A program made the translations under genes and the position numbers. From Eledone cirrhosa (taxonomy: Eukaryota), in the NCBI GenBank assembly GCA_964016885.1, contig OZ024741.1, positions 55,304,001-55,368,000 of the forward strand: 64,000 bases of DNA. The letters run 5' to 3'. The notes under the pieces are model-generated. The model ran no database searches, was not told the origin of the DNA, and saw only the letters and a list, made by a program, of their open reading frames with translations. Shown here piece by piece: positions 15,001 to 33,000 of this stretch (positions are counted from its first letter, which is position 1; each line of letters opens with the position of its first letter).

Positions 15001-18000
15001 GAAGACCTTTAGAATACTACTACAGTAACCCAGAACACAACAACACCTACACTAGAACACCCTTAGAACACTACTACAGTATCCCAGAACACTACAACAC
15101 CTACACTAGAACACCCTTAGAACACTACTACAGTATCCCAGAACACTATAACACCTACACTAGAACACCCTTAGAATAGTACTACAGTATCCCAGAACAC
15201 TACAAAACCTACACTAGAACACCCTTAGAACACTACTACAGTATCCCAGAACACTACAACACCTACACTAGAACACCCTTAGAACACTACTACAGTAACC
15301 CAGAACACTACAACACCTACACTAGAACACACTTAGAACACTACTACAGTAACCCAGAACACTACAACACCTATACTAGAACACCCTTAGAACACCACTA
15401 CAGTATCCCAGAACACTACAACACCTACACTAGAACACCCTTAGAACACTACTGCAGTATCCCAGAACACTACAACACCTACACTAGAACACCCTTAGAA
15501 CACTACTACAGTAACGCAGAACACTACAACACCTACACTAGAACACCCTTAGAACACCACTACAGTATCCCTGAACACTACAACACCTACACTAGAACAC
15601 CCTTAGAACACTACTACAGTATCCCAGAACACTACAACACCTACACTAGAACACCCTTAGAATAGTACTACAGTAACCCAGAACACTACAACACCTACAC
15701 TAGAACACCCTTAGAACACTACTACAGTATCCCAGATCACTACAACACATACACTAGAACACCCTTAGAACACTACTACAGTATCCCAGAACACTACAAC
15801 ACCTACACTAGAACACCCTTAGAACACTACTACAGTATCCCAGAACACTACAACACCTACACTAGAACACCCTTAAAATAGTACTACAGTAACCCAGAAC
15901 ACTACAACACCTACACTAGAACACCCTTAGAACACTACTACAGTATCCCAGAACACTACAACACCTACACTAGAACACCCTTAGAATAGTACTACAGTAA
16001 CCCAGAACACTACAACACCTACACTAGAAAACCCTTAGAACACTACTACAGTATCCCAGAACACTACAACACCTACACTAGAACACCTTTAGAACACTAC
16101 TACAGTAACCCAGAACAGTACAACACCTACACTAGAACACCTTTAGAACACTACTACAGTATCCCAGAACACTACAACCCCTTCACTAGAACACCCTTAG
16201 AATAGTACTACAGTAACCCAGAACACTACAACACCTACACTAGAACACCCTTAGAACACTACTACAGTATCCCAGAACACTACAACACCTACACTAGAAC
16301 ACCCTTAGAACACTACTACAGTATCCCAGAACACTACAACACCTACACTAGAACACCCTTAGAACACTACTACAATATCCCAGAACACTACAATACCTAC
16401 ACTAGAACACCCTTAGAACACTACTACAGTACCCCAGAACACTACAACACCTACACTAGAACACCCTTAGAACACTACTACAGTATCCCAGAACACTACA
16501 ACACCTACACTAGAACACCTTTAGAACACTACTACAGTAACCCAGAACAGTACAACACCTACACTAGAACACCCTTAGAACACTACTACAGTAACCCAGA
16601 ACACTACAACACCTACACTAGAACACGCTTAGAACACTACTACAGTAACCCAGAACAGTACAACACCTACACTAGAATACCCTTAGAATAGTACTACAGT
16701 AACCCAGAACACTACAACACCTACACTAGAACACCCTTAGAACACTACTACAGTATCCCAGAACACTACAACACCTACACTAGAGCACCCTTAGAATAGT
16801 ACTACAGTATCCCAGAACACTACAACAACTACACTAGAACACCCTTAGAACACTACTACAGTAACCCAGAACACTACAACACCTACACTAGAACACCCTT
16901 AGAACACTACTACAGTAACCCAGAACACTACAACACCTATTCTAGAACACCCTTAGAACACTACTACAGTATCCCAGAACAGTACAACACCTACACTAGA
17001 ACACCCTTAGAACACTACTGCAGTATCCCAGAACACTACAACACCTACACTAGAACACCCTTAGAACACTACTACAGTAACCCAGAACACTACAACACCT
17101 ACACTAGAACACCCTTAGAACACTACTACAGTAACCCAGAACACTACAACACCTATTCTAGAACACCCTTAGAACACTACTACAGTATCCCAGAACACTA
17201 CAACACCTACATTAGAACACCCTTAGAACACTACTGCAGTATCCCAGAACACTACAACACCTACACTAGAACACCCTTAGAACACTACTACAGTAACCCA
17301 GAACACTACAACACCTACACTAGAACACCCTTAGAACACTACTACAGTAACCCAGAACACTACAACGCCTATACTAGAACACCCTTAGAACACTACTACA
17401 GTCTCCCAGAACACTACAACACCTATACTAGAACACCCTTAGAACACTACTACAGTAACCCAGAAGACTACAACACCTATACTAGAACACCCTTAGAACA
17501 CTACTACAGTATCCCAGAACACTACAACACCTACAATAGAACACCCTTAGAACACTACTGCAGTATCCCACAACACTACAACACCTACATTAGAACACCC
17601 TTAGAACACTACTACAGTAACCAAGAACACTACAACACCTACACTAGAACACCTTTAGAATACTACTACAGTAACCCAGAACACTACAACACCTACACTA
17701 GAACACCCTTAGAACACTACTACAGTAACCCAGAACACTACAACACCTACACTAGAACACCCTTAGAACACTACTGCAGTATCCCAGAACACTACAATAC
17801 CTACACTAGAACACCCTTAGAACACTACTGCAGTATCCCAGAACATTACAACACCTACACTAGAAGACCTTTAGAATACTACTACAGTAACCCAGAACAC
17901 AACAACACCTACACTAGAACACCCTTAGAACACTACTACAGTATCCCAGAACACTACAACACCTACACTAGAACACCCTTAGAACACTACTACAGTATCC

Positions 18001-21000
18001 CAGAACACTACAACACCTACACTAGAACACCCTTAGAATAGTACTACAGTATCCCAGAACACTACAAAACCTACACTAGAACACCCTTAGAACACTACTA
18101 CAGTATCCCAGAACACTACAACACCTACACTAGAACACCCTTAGAACACTACTACAGTAACCCAGAACACTACAACACCTACACTAGAACACACTTAGAA
18201 CACTACTACAGTAACCCAGAACACTACAACACCTATACTAGAACACCCTTAGAACACCACTACAGTATCCCAGAACACTACAACACCTACACTAGAACAC
18301 CCTTAGAACACTACTGCAGTATCCCAGAACACTACAACACCTACACTAGAACACCCTTAGAACACTACTACAGTAACGCAGAACACTACAACACCTACAC
18401 TAGAACACCCTTAGAACACCACTACAGTATCCCTGAACACTACAACACCTACACTAGAACACCCTTAGAACACTACTACAGTATCCCAGAACACTACAAC
18501 ACCTACACTAGAACACCCTTAGAATAGTACTACAGTAACCCAGAACACTACAACACCTACACTAGAACACCCTTAGAACACTATTACAGTATCCCAGATC
18601 ACTACAACACATACACTAGAACACCCTTAGAATAGTACTACAGTAACCCAGAACACTACAACACCTACACTAGAACACCCTTAGAACACTACTACACTAT
18701 CCCAGAACACTACAACACCTACACTAGAACACCCTTAGAACACTACTACAGTCTCCCAGAACACTACAACACCTATACTAGAACACCCTTAGAACACTAC
18801 TACAGTAACCCAGAAGACTACAACACCTATACTAGAACACCCTTAGAACACTACTACAGTATCCCAGAACACTACAACACCTACAATAGAACACCCTTAG
18901 AACACTACTGCAGTATCCCACAACACTACAACACCTACACTAGAACACCCTTAGAACACTACTACAGTAACCAAGAACACTACAACACCTACACTAGAAC
19001 ACCTTTAGAATACTACTACAGTAACCCAGAACACTACAACACCTACACTAGAACACCCTTAGAACACTACTACAGTAACCCAGAACACTACAACACCTAC
19101 ACTAGAACACCCTTAGAACACTACTGCAGTATCCCAGAACACTACAACACCTACACTAGAACACCCTTAGAACACTACTGCAGTATCCCAGAACATTACA
19201 ACACCTACACTAGAAGACCTTTAGAATACTACTACAGTAACCCAGAACACTACAACACCTACACTAGAACACCCTTAGAATAGTACTACAGTAACCCAGA
19301 ACACTACAACACCTACACTAGAACACCCTTAGAACACTACTACAGTATCCCAGATCACTACAACACATACACTAGAACACCCTTAGAATAGTACTACAGT
19401 AACCCAGAACACTACAACACCTACACTAGAACACCCTTAGAACACTACTACAGTATCCCAGAACACTACAACACCTACAATAGAACACCCTTAGAACACT
19501 ACTACAGTATCCCAGAACACTACAACACCTACACTAGAACACCCTTAGAATAGTACTACAGTATCCCAGAACACTACAAAACCTACACTAGAACACCCTT
19601 AGAACACTACTACAGTATCCCAGAACACTACAACACCTATACTAGAACACCCTTAGAACACTACTACAGTATCCCAGAACACTACAACACCTACAATAGA
19701 ACACCCTTAGAACACTACTACAGTATCCCAGAACACTACAACACCTACACTAGAACACCCTTAGAATAGTACTACAGTATCCCAGAACACTACAAAACCT
19801 ACACTAGAACACCCTTAGAACACTACTACAGTATCCCAGAACACTACAACACCTACACTAGAACACCCTTAGAACACTACTACAGTAACCCAGAACACTA
19901 CAACACCTACACTAGAACACACTTAGAACACTACTACAGTAACCCAGAACACTACAACACCTATACTAGAACACCCTTAGAACACCACTACAGTATCCCA
20001 GAACACTACAACACCTACACTAGAACACCCTTAGAACACTACTGCAGTATCCCAGAACACTACAACACCTACACTAGAACACCCTTAGAACACTACTACA
20101 GTATCCCTGAACACTACAACACCTACACTAGAACACCCTTAGAACACTACTACAGTATCCCAGAACACTACAACACCTACACTAGAACACCCTTAGAATA
20201 GTACTACAGTAACCCAGAACACTACAACACCTACACTAGAACACCCTTAGAACACTACTACAGTATCCCAGATCACTACAACACATACACTAGAACACCC
20301 TTAGAATAGTACTACAGTAACCCAGAACACTACAACACCTACACTAGAACACCCTTAGAACACTACTACAGTATCCCAGAACACTACAACACCTACACTA
20401 GAACACCTTTAGAACACTACTACAGTAACCCAGAACAGTACAACACCTACACTAGAACACCCTTAGAACACTACTACAGTAACCCAGAACAGTACAACAC
20501 CTACACTAGAACACCCTTAGAACACTACTACAGTATCCCAGAACACTACAACACCTACACTAGAACACCTTTAGAACACTACTACAGTAACCCAGAACAG
20601 TACAACACCTACACTAGAACACCCTTAGAACACTACTACAGTAACCCAGAACACTACAACACCTACACTAGAACACCCTTAGAACACTACTACAGTAACC
20701 CAGAACAGTACAACACCTACACTAAAACACCCTTAGAACACTACTACAGTATCCCAGAACACTACAACACCTACACTAGAACACCCTTAGAATAGTACTA
20801 CAGTAACCCAGAACACTACAACACCTACACTAGAACACCCTTAGAACACTACTACAGTATCCCAGAACATTACAACACCTACACTATAACACCCTTAGAA
20901 TAGTACTACAGTATCCCAGAACACTACAATACCTACACTAGAACACCCTTAGAACACTACTACAGTATCCCAGAACACTACAACACCTACACTAGAACAC

Positions 21001-24000
21001 CCTTAGAACACTACTACAGTAACCCAGAACACTACAACACCTATACTAGAACACCCTTAGAATACTACTACAGTATACCAGGACACTACAACACCTACAC
21101 TAGAACACCCTTAGAACCCTACTGCAGTATCCCAGAACACTACAACACCTACACTAGAACACCCTTAGAACACTACTACAGTAACCCAGAACACTACAAC
21201 ACCTACACTAGAACACCCTTAGAACACTACTACAGTAACCCTGAACACTACAACACCTATTCTAGAACACCCTTAGAACACTACTACAGTATCCCAGAAC
21301 ACTACAACACCTACACTAGAACACCCTTAGAACACTACTGCAGTATCCCAGAACACTACAACACCTACACTAGAACACCCTTAGAACACTACTACAGTAA
21401 CCCAGAACACTACAACACCTACACTAGAACACCTTTAGAATACTACTACAGTAACCCAGAACACTACAACACCTACACTAGAACACCCTTAGAACACTAC
21501 TGCAGTATCCCAGAACACTACAACACCTACACTAGAACACCCTTAGAACACTACTGCAGTATCCCAGAACACTACAACACCTACACTAGAAGGCCTTTAG
21601 AATACTACTACAGTAACCCAGAACACTACAACACCTACACTAGAACACCCTTAAAACACTACTACAGTATCCCAGAACAGTACAACACCTACACTAGAAC
21701 ACCCTTAGAACACTACTACAGTATCCCAGAACACTACAACACCTACACTAGAACACCCTTAGAACACTACTACAGTATCCCAGAACACTACAACACCTAC
21801 ATTAGAACACCCTTAGAATAGTACTACAGTAACCCAGAACACTACAACACCTACACTAGAACACCCTTAGAACACTACTACAGTATCCCAGAACACTACA
21901 ACACCTACACTAGAACACCTTTAGAACACTACTACAGTAACCCAGAACAGTACAACACCTACACTAGAACACCCTTAGAACACTACTACAGTATCCCAGA
22001 ACACTACAACCCCTTCACTAGAACACCCTTAGAATAGTACTACAGTAACCCAGAACACTACAACACCTACACTAGAACACCCTTAGAACACTACTACAAT
22101 ATCCCAGAACACTACAACACCTACACTAGAACACCCTTAGAACACTACTACAGTATCCCTGAAAACTACAACACCTACACAAGAACACCCTTAGAACACT
22201 ACTACAATAACCCAGAACAGTACAACACCTACACTAGAACACCCTTAGAACACTACTACAGTAACCCAGAACACTACAACACCTACACTAGAACACGCTT
22301 AGAACACTACTACAGTAACCCAGAACAGTACAACACCTACATTAGAACACCCTTAGAACACTACTACAGTATCCCAGAACACTACAACACCTACACTAGA
22401 ACAGCCTTAGAACACTACTACAGTAACCCAGAAGACTACAACACCTATACTAGAACACCCTTAGAACACTACTACAGTAACCCAGAACAGTACAACACCT
22501 ACATTAGAACACCCTTAGAACACTACTACAGTAACCCAGAACACTACAACACCTACACTAGAACACGCTTAGAACACTACTACAGTAACCCAGAACAGTA
22601 CAACACCTACACTAGAACACCCTTAGAACACTACTACAGTATTCCAGAACACTACAACACCTACACTAGAACACCCTTAGAATAGTACTACAGTAACCCA
22701 GAACACTACAACACCTACACTAGAACACCCTTAGAACACTACTACAGTATCCCAGAACATTACAACACCTACACTAGAGCACCCTTAGAATAGTACTACA
22801 GTATCCCAGAACACTACAACACCTACACTAGAACACCCTTAGAACACTACTACAGTAACCCAGAACACTACAACACCTACACTAGAACACCCTTAGAACA
22901 CTACTACAGTAACCCAGAACACTACAACACCTATTCTAGAACACCCTTAGAACACTAATACAGTATCCCAGAACAGTACAACACCTACACTAGAACACCC
23001 TTAGAACACTACTGCAGTATCCCAGAACACTACAACACCTACACTAGAACACCCTTAGAACACTACTACAGTAACCCAGAACACTACAACACCTACACTA
23101 GAACACCCTTAGAACACTACTACAGTAACCCAGAACACTACAACACCTATTCTAGAACACCCTTAGAACACTACTACAGTATCCCAGAACACTACAACAC
23201 CTACATTAGAACACCCTTAGAACACTACTGCAGTATCCCAGAACACTACAACACCTACAATAGAACACCCTTAGAACACTACTACAGTATCCCAGAACAC
23301 TACAACACCTACACTAGAACACCCTTAGAATAGTACTACAGTATCCCAGAACACTACAAAACCTACACTAGAACACCCTTAGAACACTACTACAGTATCC
23401 CAGAACACTACAACACCTACACTAGAACACCCTTAGAACACTACTACAGTAACCCAGAACACTACAACACCTACACTAGAACACACTTAGAACACTACTA
23501 CAGTAACCCAGAACACTACAACACCTATACTAGAACACCCTTAGAACACCACTACAGTATCCCAGAACACTACAACACCTACACTAGAACACCCTTAGAA
23601 CACTACTGCAGTATCCCAGAACACTACAACACCTACACTAGAACACCCTTAGAACACTACTACAGTAACCCAGAACACTACAACACCTACACTAGAACAC
23701 CCTTAGAACACTACTACAGTATCCCTGAACACTACAACACCTACACTAGAACACCCTTAGAACACTACTACAGTATCCCAGAACACTACAACACCTACAC
23801 TAGAACACCCTTAGAATAGTACTACAGTAACCCAGAACACTACAACACCTACACTAGAACACCCTTAGAACACTACTACAGTATCCCAGATCACTACAAG
23901 ACATACACTAGAACACCCTTAGTATAGTACTACAGTAACCCAGAACACTACAACACCTACACTAGAACACCCTTAGAACACTACTACAGTATCCCAGAAC

Positions 24001-27000
24001 ACTACAACACCTACACTAGAACACCTTTAGAACACTACTACAGTAACCCAGAACAGTACAATACCTACACTAGAACACCCTTAGAACACTACTACAGTAT
24101 CCCAGAACACTACAACACCTACACTAGAACACCTTTAGAACACTACTACAGTAACCCAGAACAGTACAACACCTACACTAGAACACCCTTAGAACACTAC
24201 TACAGTAACCCAGAACACTACAACACCTACACTAGAACACCATTAGAACACTACTACAGTAACCCAGAACAGTACAACACCTACACTAGAACAGCCTTAG
24301 AACACTACTACAGTATCCCAGAACACTACAACACCTACACTAGAACACCCTTAGAATAGTACTACAGTAACCCAGAACACTACAACACCTACACTAGAAC
24401 ACCCTTAGAACACTACTACAGTATCCCAGAACACTACAACACCTACACTAGAACACCCTTAGAATAGTACTACAGTATCCCAGAACACTACAACACCTAC
24501 ACTAGAACACCCTTAGAACACTACTACAGTATCCCAGAACACTACAACACCTACACTAGAACACCCTTAGAACACTACTACAGTAACCCAGAACACTACA
24601 ACACCTATACTAGAACACCCTTAGAATACTACTACAGTATCCCAGAACACTACAACACCTACACTAGAACACCCTTAGAACCCTACTGCAGTATCCCAGA
24701 ACACTACAACACCTACACTAGAACACCCTTAGAACACTACTACAGTAACCCAGAACACTACAACACCTACACTAGAACACCCTTAGAACACTACTACAGT
24801 AACCCAGAACACTACAACACCTATTCTAGAACACCCTTAGAACACTACTACAGTATCCCAGAACACTACAACACCTATACTAGAACACCCTTAGAACACT
24901 ACTACAGTAACCCAGAAGACTACAACACCTATACTAGAACACCCTTAGAACACTACTACAGTATCCCAGAACACTACAACACCTACAATAGAACACCCTT
25001 AGAACACTACTGCAGTATCCCACAACACTACAACACCTACATTAGAACACCCTTAGAACACTACTACAGTAACCAAGAACACTACAACACCTACACTAGA
25101 ACACCTTTAGAATACTACTACAGTAACCCAGAACACTACAACACCTACACTAGAACACCCTTAGAACACTACTACAGTAACCCAGAACACTACAACACCT
25201 ACACTAGAACACCCTTAGAACACTACTGCAGTATCCCAGAACACTACAATACCTACACTAGAACACCCTTAGAACACTACTGCAGTATCCCAGAACATTA
25301 CAACACCTACACTAGAAGACCTTTAGAATACTACTACAGTAACCCAGAACACAACAACACCTACACTAGAACACCCTTAGAACACTACTACAGTATCCCA
25401 GAACACTACAACACCTACACTAGAACACCCTTAGAACACTACTACAGTATCCCAGAACACTACAACACCTACACTAGAACACCCTTAGAATAGTACTACA
25501 GTATCCCAGAACACTACAAAACCTACACTAGAACACCCTTAGAACACTACTACAGTATCCCAGAACACTACAACACCTACACTAGAACACCCTTAGAACA
25601 CTACTACAGTAACCCAGAACACTACAACACCTACACTAGAACACACGTAGAACACTACTACAGTAACCCAGAACACTACAACACCTATACTAGAACACCC
25701 TTAGAACACCACTACAGTATCCCAGAACACTACAACACCTACACTAGAACACCCTTAGAACACTACTGCAGTATCCCAGAACACTACAACACCTACACTA
25801 GAACACCCTTAGAACACTACTACAGTAACGCAGAACACTACAACACCTACACTAGAACACCCTTAGAACACCACTACAGTATCCCTGAACACTACAACAC
25901 CTACACTAGAACACCCTTAGAACACTACTACAGTATCCCAGAACACTACAACACCTACACTAGAACACCCTTAGAATAGTACTACAGTAACCCAGAACAC
26001 TACAACACCTACACTAGAACACCCTTAGAACACTACTACAGTATCCCAGATCACTACAACACATACACTAGAACACCCTTAGAATAGTACTACAGTAACC
26101 CAGAACACTACAACACCTACACTAGAACACCCTTAGAACACTACTACACTATCCCAGAACACTACAACACCTACACTAGAACACCCTTAGAACACTACTA
26201 CAGTCTCCCAGAACACTACAACACCTATACTAGAACACCCTTAGAACACTACTACAGTAACCCAGAAGACTACAACACCTATACTAGAACACCCTTAGAA
26301 CACTACTACAGTATCCCAGAACACTACAACACCTACAATAGAACACCCTTAGAACACTACTGCAGTATCCCACAACACTACAACACCTACACTAGAACAC
26401 CCTTAGAACACTACTACAGTAACCAAGAACACTACAACACCTACACTAGAACACCTTTAGAATACTACTACAGTAACCCAGAACACTACAACACCTACAC
26501 TAGAACACCCTTAGAACACTACTACAGTAACCCAGAACACTACAACACCTACACTAGAACACCCTTAGAACACTACTGCAGTATCCCAGAACACTACAAC
26601 ACCTACACTAGAACACCCTTAGAACACTACTGCAGTATCCCAGAACATTACAACACCTACACTAGAAGACCTTTAGAATACTACTACAGTAACCCAGAAC
26701 ACTACAACACCTACACTAGAACACCCTTAGAATAGTACTACAGTAACCCAGAACACTACAACACCTACACTAGAACACCCTTAGAACACTACTACAGTAT
26801 CCCAGATCACTACAACACATACACTAGAACACCCTTAGAATAGTACTACAGTAACCCAGAACACTACAACACCTACACTAGAACACCCTTAGAACACTAC
26901 TACAGTATCCCAGAACACTACAACACCTACAATAGAACACCCTTAGAACACTACTACAGTATCCCAGAACACTACAACACCTACACTAGAACACCCTTAG

Positions 27001-30000
27001 AATAGTACTACAGTATCCCAGAACACTACAAAACCTACACTAGAACACCCTTAGAACACTACTACAGTATCCCAGAACACTACAACACCTATACTAGAAC
27101 ACCCTTAGAACACTACTACAGTATCCCAGAACACTACAACACCTACAATAGAACACCCTTAGAACACTACTACAGTATCCCAGAACACTACAACACCTAC
27201 ACTAGAACACCCTTAGAATAGTACTACAGTATCCCAGAACACTACAAAACCTACACTAGAACACCCTTAGAACACTACTACAGTATCCCAGAACACTACA
27301 ACACCTACACTAGAACACCCTTAGAACACTACTACAGTAACCCAGAACACTACAACACCTACACTAGAACACACTTAGAACACTACTACAGTAACCCAGA
27401 ACACTACAACACCTATACTAGAACACCCTTAGAACACCACTACAGTATCCCAGAACACTACAACACCTACACTAGAACACCCTTAGAACACTACTGCAGT
27501 ATCCCAGAACACTACAACACCTACACTAGAACACCCTTAGAACACTACTACAGTATCCCTGAACACTACAACACCTACACTAGAACACCCTTAGAACACT
27601 ACTACAGTATCCCAGAACACTACAACACCTACACTAGAACACCCTTAGAATAGTACTACAGTAACCCAGAACACTACAACACCTACACTAGAACACCCTT
27701 AGAACACTACTACAGTATCCCAGATCACTACAACACATACACTAGAACACCCTTAGAATAGTACTACAGTAACCCAGAACACTACAACACCTACACTAGA
27801 ACACCCTTAGAACACTACTACAGTATCCCAGAACACTACAACACCTACACTAGAACACCTTTAGAACACTACTACAGTAACCCAGAACAGTACAACACCT
27901 ACACTAGAACACCCTTAGAACACTACTACAGTAACCCAGAACAGTACAACACCTACACTAGAACACCCTTAGAACACTACTACAGTATCCCAGAACACTA
28001 CAACACCTACACTAGAACACCTTTAGAACACTACTACAGTAACCCAGAACAGTACAACACCTACACTAGAACACCCTTAGAACACTACTACAGTAACCCA
28101 GAACACTACAACACCTACACTAGAACACCCTTAGAACACTACTACAGTAACCCAGAACAGTACAACACCTACACTAGAACACCCTTAGAACACTACTACA
28201 GTATCCCAGAACACTACAACACCTACACTAGAACACCCTTAGAATAGTACTACAGTAACCCAGAACACTACAACACCTACACTAGAACACCCTTAGAACA
28301 CTACTACAGTATCCCAGAACATTACAACACCTACACTATAACACCCTTAGAATAGTACTACAGTATCCCAGAACACTACAATACCTACACTAGAACACCC
28401 TTAGAACACTACTACAGTATCCCAGAACACTACAACACCTACACTAGAACACCCTTAGAACACTACTACAGTAACCCAGAACACTACAACACCTATACTA
28501 GAACACCCTTAGAATACTACTACAGTATACCAGGACACTACAACACCTACACTAGAACACCCTTAGAACCCTACTGCAGTATCCCAGAACACTACAACAC
28601 CTACACTAGAACACCCTTAGAACACTACTACAGTAACCCAGAACACTACAACACCTACACTAGAACACCCTTAGAACACTACTACAGTAACCCTGAACAC
28701 TACAACACCTATTCTAGAACACCCTTAGAACACTACTACAGTATCCCAGAACACTACAACACCTACACTAGAACACCCTTAGAACACTACTGCAGTATCC
28801 CAGAACACTACAACACCTACACTAGAACACCCTTAGAACACTACTACAGTAACCCAGAACACTACAACACCTACACTAGAACACCTTTAGAATACTACTA
28901 CAGTAACCCAGAACACTACAACACCTACACTAGAACACCCTTAGAACACTACTGCAGTATCCCAGAACACTACAACACCTACACTAGAACACCCTTAGAA
29001 CACTACTGCAGTATCCCAGAACACTACAACACCTACACTAGAAGGCCTTTAGAATACTACTACAGTAACCCAGAACACTACAACACCTACACTAGAACAC
29101 CCTTAAAACACTACTACAGTATCCCAGAACAGTACAACACCTACACTAGAACACCCTTAGAACACTACTACAGTATCCCAGAACACTACAACACCTACAC
29201 TAGAACACCCTTAGAACACTACTACAGTATCCCAGAACACTACAACACCTACATTAGAACACCCTTAGAATAGTACTACAGTAACCCAGAACACTACAAC
29301 ACCTACACTAGAACACCCTTAGAACACTACTACAGTATCCCAGAACACTACAACACCTACACTAGAACACCTTTAGAACACTACTACAGTAACCCAGAAC
29401 AGTACAACACCTACACTAGAACACCCTTAGAACACTACTACAGTATCCCAGAACACTACAACCCCTTCACTAGAACACCCTTAGAATAGTACTACAGTAA
29501 CCCAGAACACTACAACACCTACACTAGAACACCCTTAGAACACTACTACAATATCCCAGAACACTACAACACCTACACTAGAACACCCTTAGAACACTAC
29601 TACAGTATCCCTGAAAACTACAACACCTACACAAGAACACCCTTAGAACACTACTACAGTAACCCAGAACAGTACAACACCTACACTAGAACACCCTTAG
29701 AACACTACTACAGTAACCCAGAACACTACAACACCTACACTAGAACACGCTTAGAACACTACTACAGTAACCCAGAACAGTACAACACCTACATTAGAAC
29801 ACCCTTAGAACACTACTACAGTATCCCAGAACACTACAACACCTACACTAGAACAGCCTTAGAACACTACTACAGTAACCCAGAAGACTACAACACCTAT
29901 ACTAGAACACCCTTAGAACACTACTACAGTAACCCAGAACAGTACAACACCTACATTAGAACACCCTTAGAACACTACTACAGTAACCCAGAACACTACA

Positions 30001-33000
30001 ACACCTACACTAGAACACGCTTAGAACACTACTACAGTAACCCAGAACAGTACAACACCTACACTAGAACACCCTTAGAACACTACTACAGTATTCCAGA
30101 ACACTACAACACCTACACTAGAACACCCTTAGAATAGTACTACAGTAACCCAGAACACTACAACACCTACACTAGAACACCCTTAGAACACTACTACAGT
30201 ATCCCAGAACATTACAACACCTACACTAGAGCACCCTTAGAATAGTACTACAGTATCCCAGAACACTACAACACCTACACTAGAACACCCTTAGAACACT
30301 ACTACAGTAACCCAGAACACTACAACACCTACACTAGAACACCCTTAGAACACTACTACAGTAACCCAGAACACTACAACACCTATTCTAGAACACCCTT
30401 AGAACACTAATACAGTATCCCAGAACAGTACAACACCTACACTAGAACACCCTTAGAACACTACTGCAGTATCCCAGAACACTACAACACCTACACTAGA
30501 ACACCCTTAGAACACTACTACAGTAACCCAGAACACTACAACACCTACACTAGAACACCCTTAGAACACTACTACAGTAACCCAGAACACTACAACACCT
30601 ATTCTAGAACACCCTTAGAACACTACTACAGTATCCCAGAACACTACAACACCTACATTAGAACACCCTTAGAACACTACTGCAGTATCCCAGAACACTA
30701 CAACACCTACAATAGAACACCCTTAGAACACTACTACAGTAACCCAGAACACTACAACACCTACACTAGAACACCCTTAGAACACTACTACAGTAACCCA
30801 GAACACTACAACGCCTATACTAGAACACCCTTAGAACACTACTACAGTCTCCCAGAACACTACAACACCTATACTAGAACACCCTTAGAACACTACTACA
30901 GTAACCCAGAAGACTACAACACCTATACTAGAACACCCTTAGAACACTACTACAGTATCCCAGAACACTACAACACCTACAATAGAACACCCTTAGAACA
31001 CTACTGCAGTATCCCACAACACTACAACACCTACACTAGAACACCCTTAGAACACTACTACAGTAACCAAGAACACTACAACACCTACACTAGAACACCT
31101 TTAGAATACTACTACAGTAACCCAGAACACTACAACACCTACACTAGAACACCCTTAGAACACTACTACAGTAACCCAGAACACTACAACACCTACACTA
31201 GAACACCCTTAGAACACTACTGCAGTATCCCAGAACACTACAACACCTACACTAGAACACCCTTAGAACACTACTGCAGTATCCCAGCACATTACAACAC
31301 CTACACTAGAAGACCTTTAGAATACTACTACAGTAACCCAGAACACAACAACACCTACACTAGAACACCCTTAGAACACTACTACAGTATCCCAGAACAC
31401 TACAACACCTACACTAGAACACCCTTAGAACACTACTACAGTATCCCAGAACACTACAACACCTACACTAGAACACCCTTAGAATAGTACTACAGTATCC
31501 CAGAACACTACAAAACCTACACTAGAACACCCTTAGAACACTACTACAGTATCCCAGAACACTACAACACCTACACTAGAACACCCTTAGAACACTACTA
31601 CAGTAACCCAGAACACTACAACACCTACACTAGAACACACTTAGAACACTACTACAGTAACCCAGAACACTACAACACCTATACTAGAACACCCTTAGAA
31701 CACCACTACAGTATCCCAGAACACTACAACACCTACACTAGAACACCCTTAGAACACTACTGCAGTATCCCAGAACACTACAACACCTACACTAGAACAC
31801 CCTTAGAACACTACTACAGTAACCCAGAACACTACAACACCTACACTAGAACACCCTTAGAACACTACTACAGTATCCCTGAACACTACAACACCTACAC
31901 TAGAACACCCTTAGAACACTACTACAGTATCCCAGAACACTACAACACCTACACTAGAACACCCTTAGAATAGTACTACAGTAACCCAGAACACTACAAC
32001 ACCTACACTAGAACACCCTTAGAACACTACTACAGTATCCCAGATCACTACAAGACATACACTAGAACACCCTTAGTATAGTACTACAGTAACCCAGAAC
32101 ACTACAACACCTACACTAGAACACCCTTAGAACACTACTACAGTATCCCAGAACACTACAACACCTACACTAGAACACCTTTAGAACACTACTACAGTAA
32201 CCCAGAACAGTACAACACCTACACTAGAACACCCTTAGAACACTACTACAGTATCCCAGAACACTACAACACCTACACTAGAACACCTTTAGAACACTAC
32301 TACAGTAACCCAGAACAGTACAACACCTACACTAGAACACCCTTAGAACACTACTACAGTAACCCAGAACACTACAACACCTACACTAGAACACCATTAG
32401 AACACTACTACAGTAACCCAGAACAGTACAACACCTACACTAGAACAGCCTTAGAACACTACTACAGTATCCCAGAACACTACAACACCTACACTAGAAC
32501 ACCCTTAGAATAGTACTACAGTAACCCAGAACACTACAACACCTACACTAGAACACCCTTAGAACACTACTACAGTATCCCAGAACACTACAACACCTAC
32601 ACTAGAACACCCTTAGAATAGTACTACAGTATCCCAGAACACTACAACACCTACACTAGAACACCCTTAGAACACTACTACAGTATCCCAGAACACTACA
32701 ACACCTACACTAGAACACCCTTAGAACACTACTACAGTAACCCAGAACACTACAACACCTATACTAGAACACCCTTAGAATACTACTACAGTATCCCAGA
32801 ACACTACAACACCTACACTAGAACACCCTTAGAACCCTACTGCAGTATCCCAGAACACTACAACACCTACACTAGAACACCCTTAGAACACTACTACAGT
32901 AACCCAGAACACTACAACACCTACACTAGAACACCCTTAGAACACTACTACAGTAACCCAGAACACTACAACACCTATTCTAGAACACCCTTAGAACACT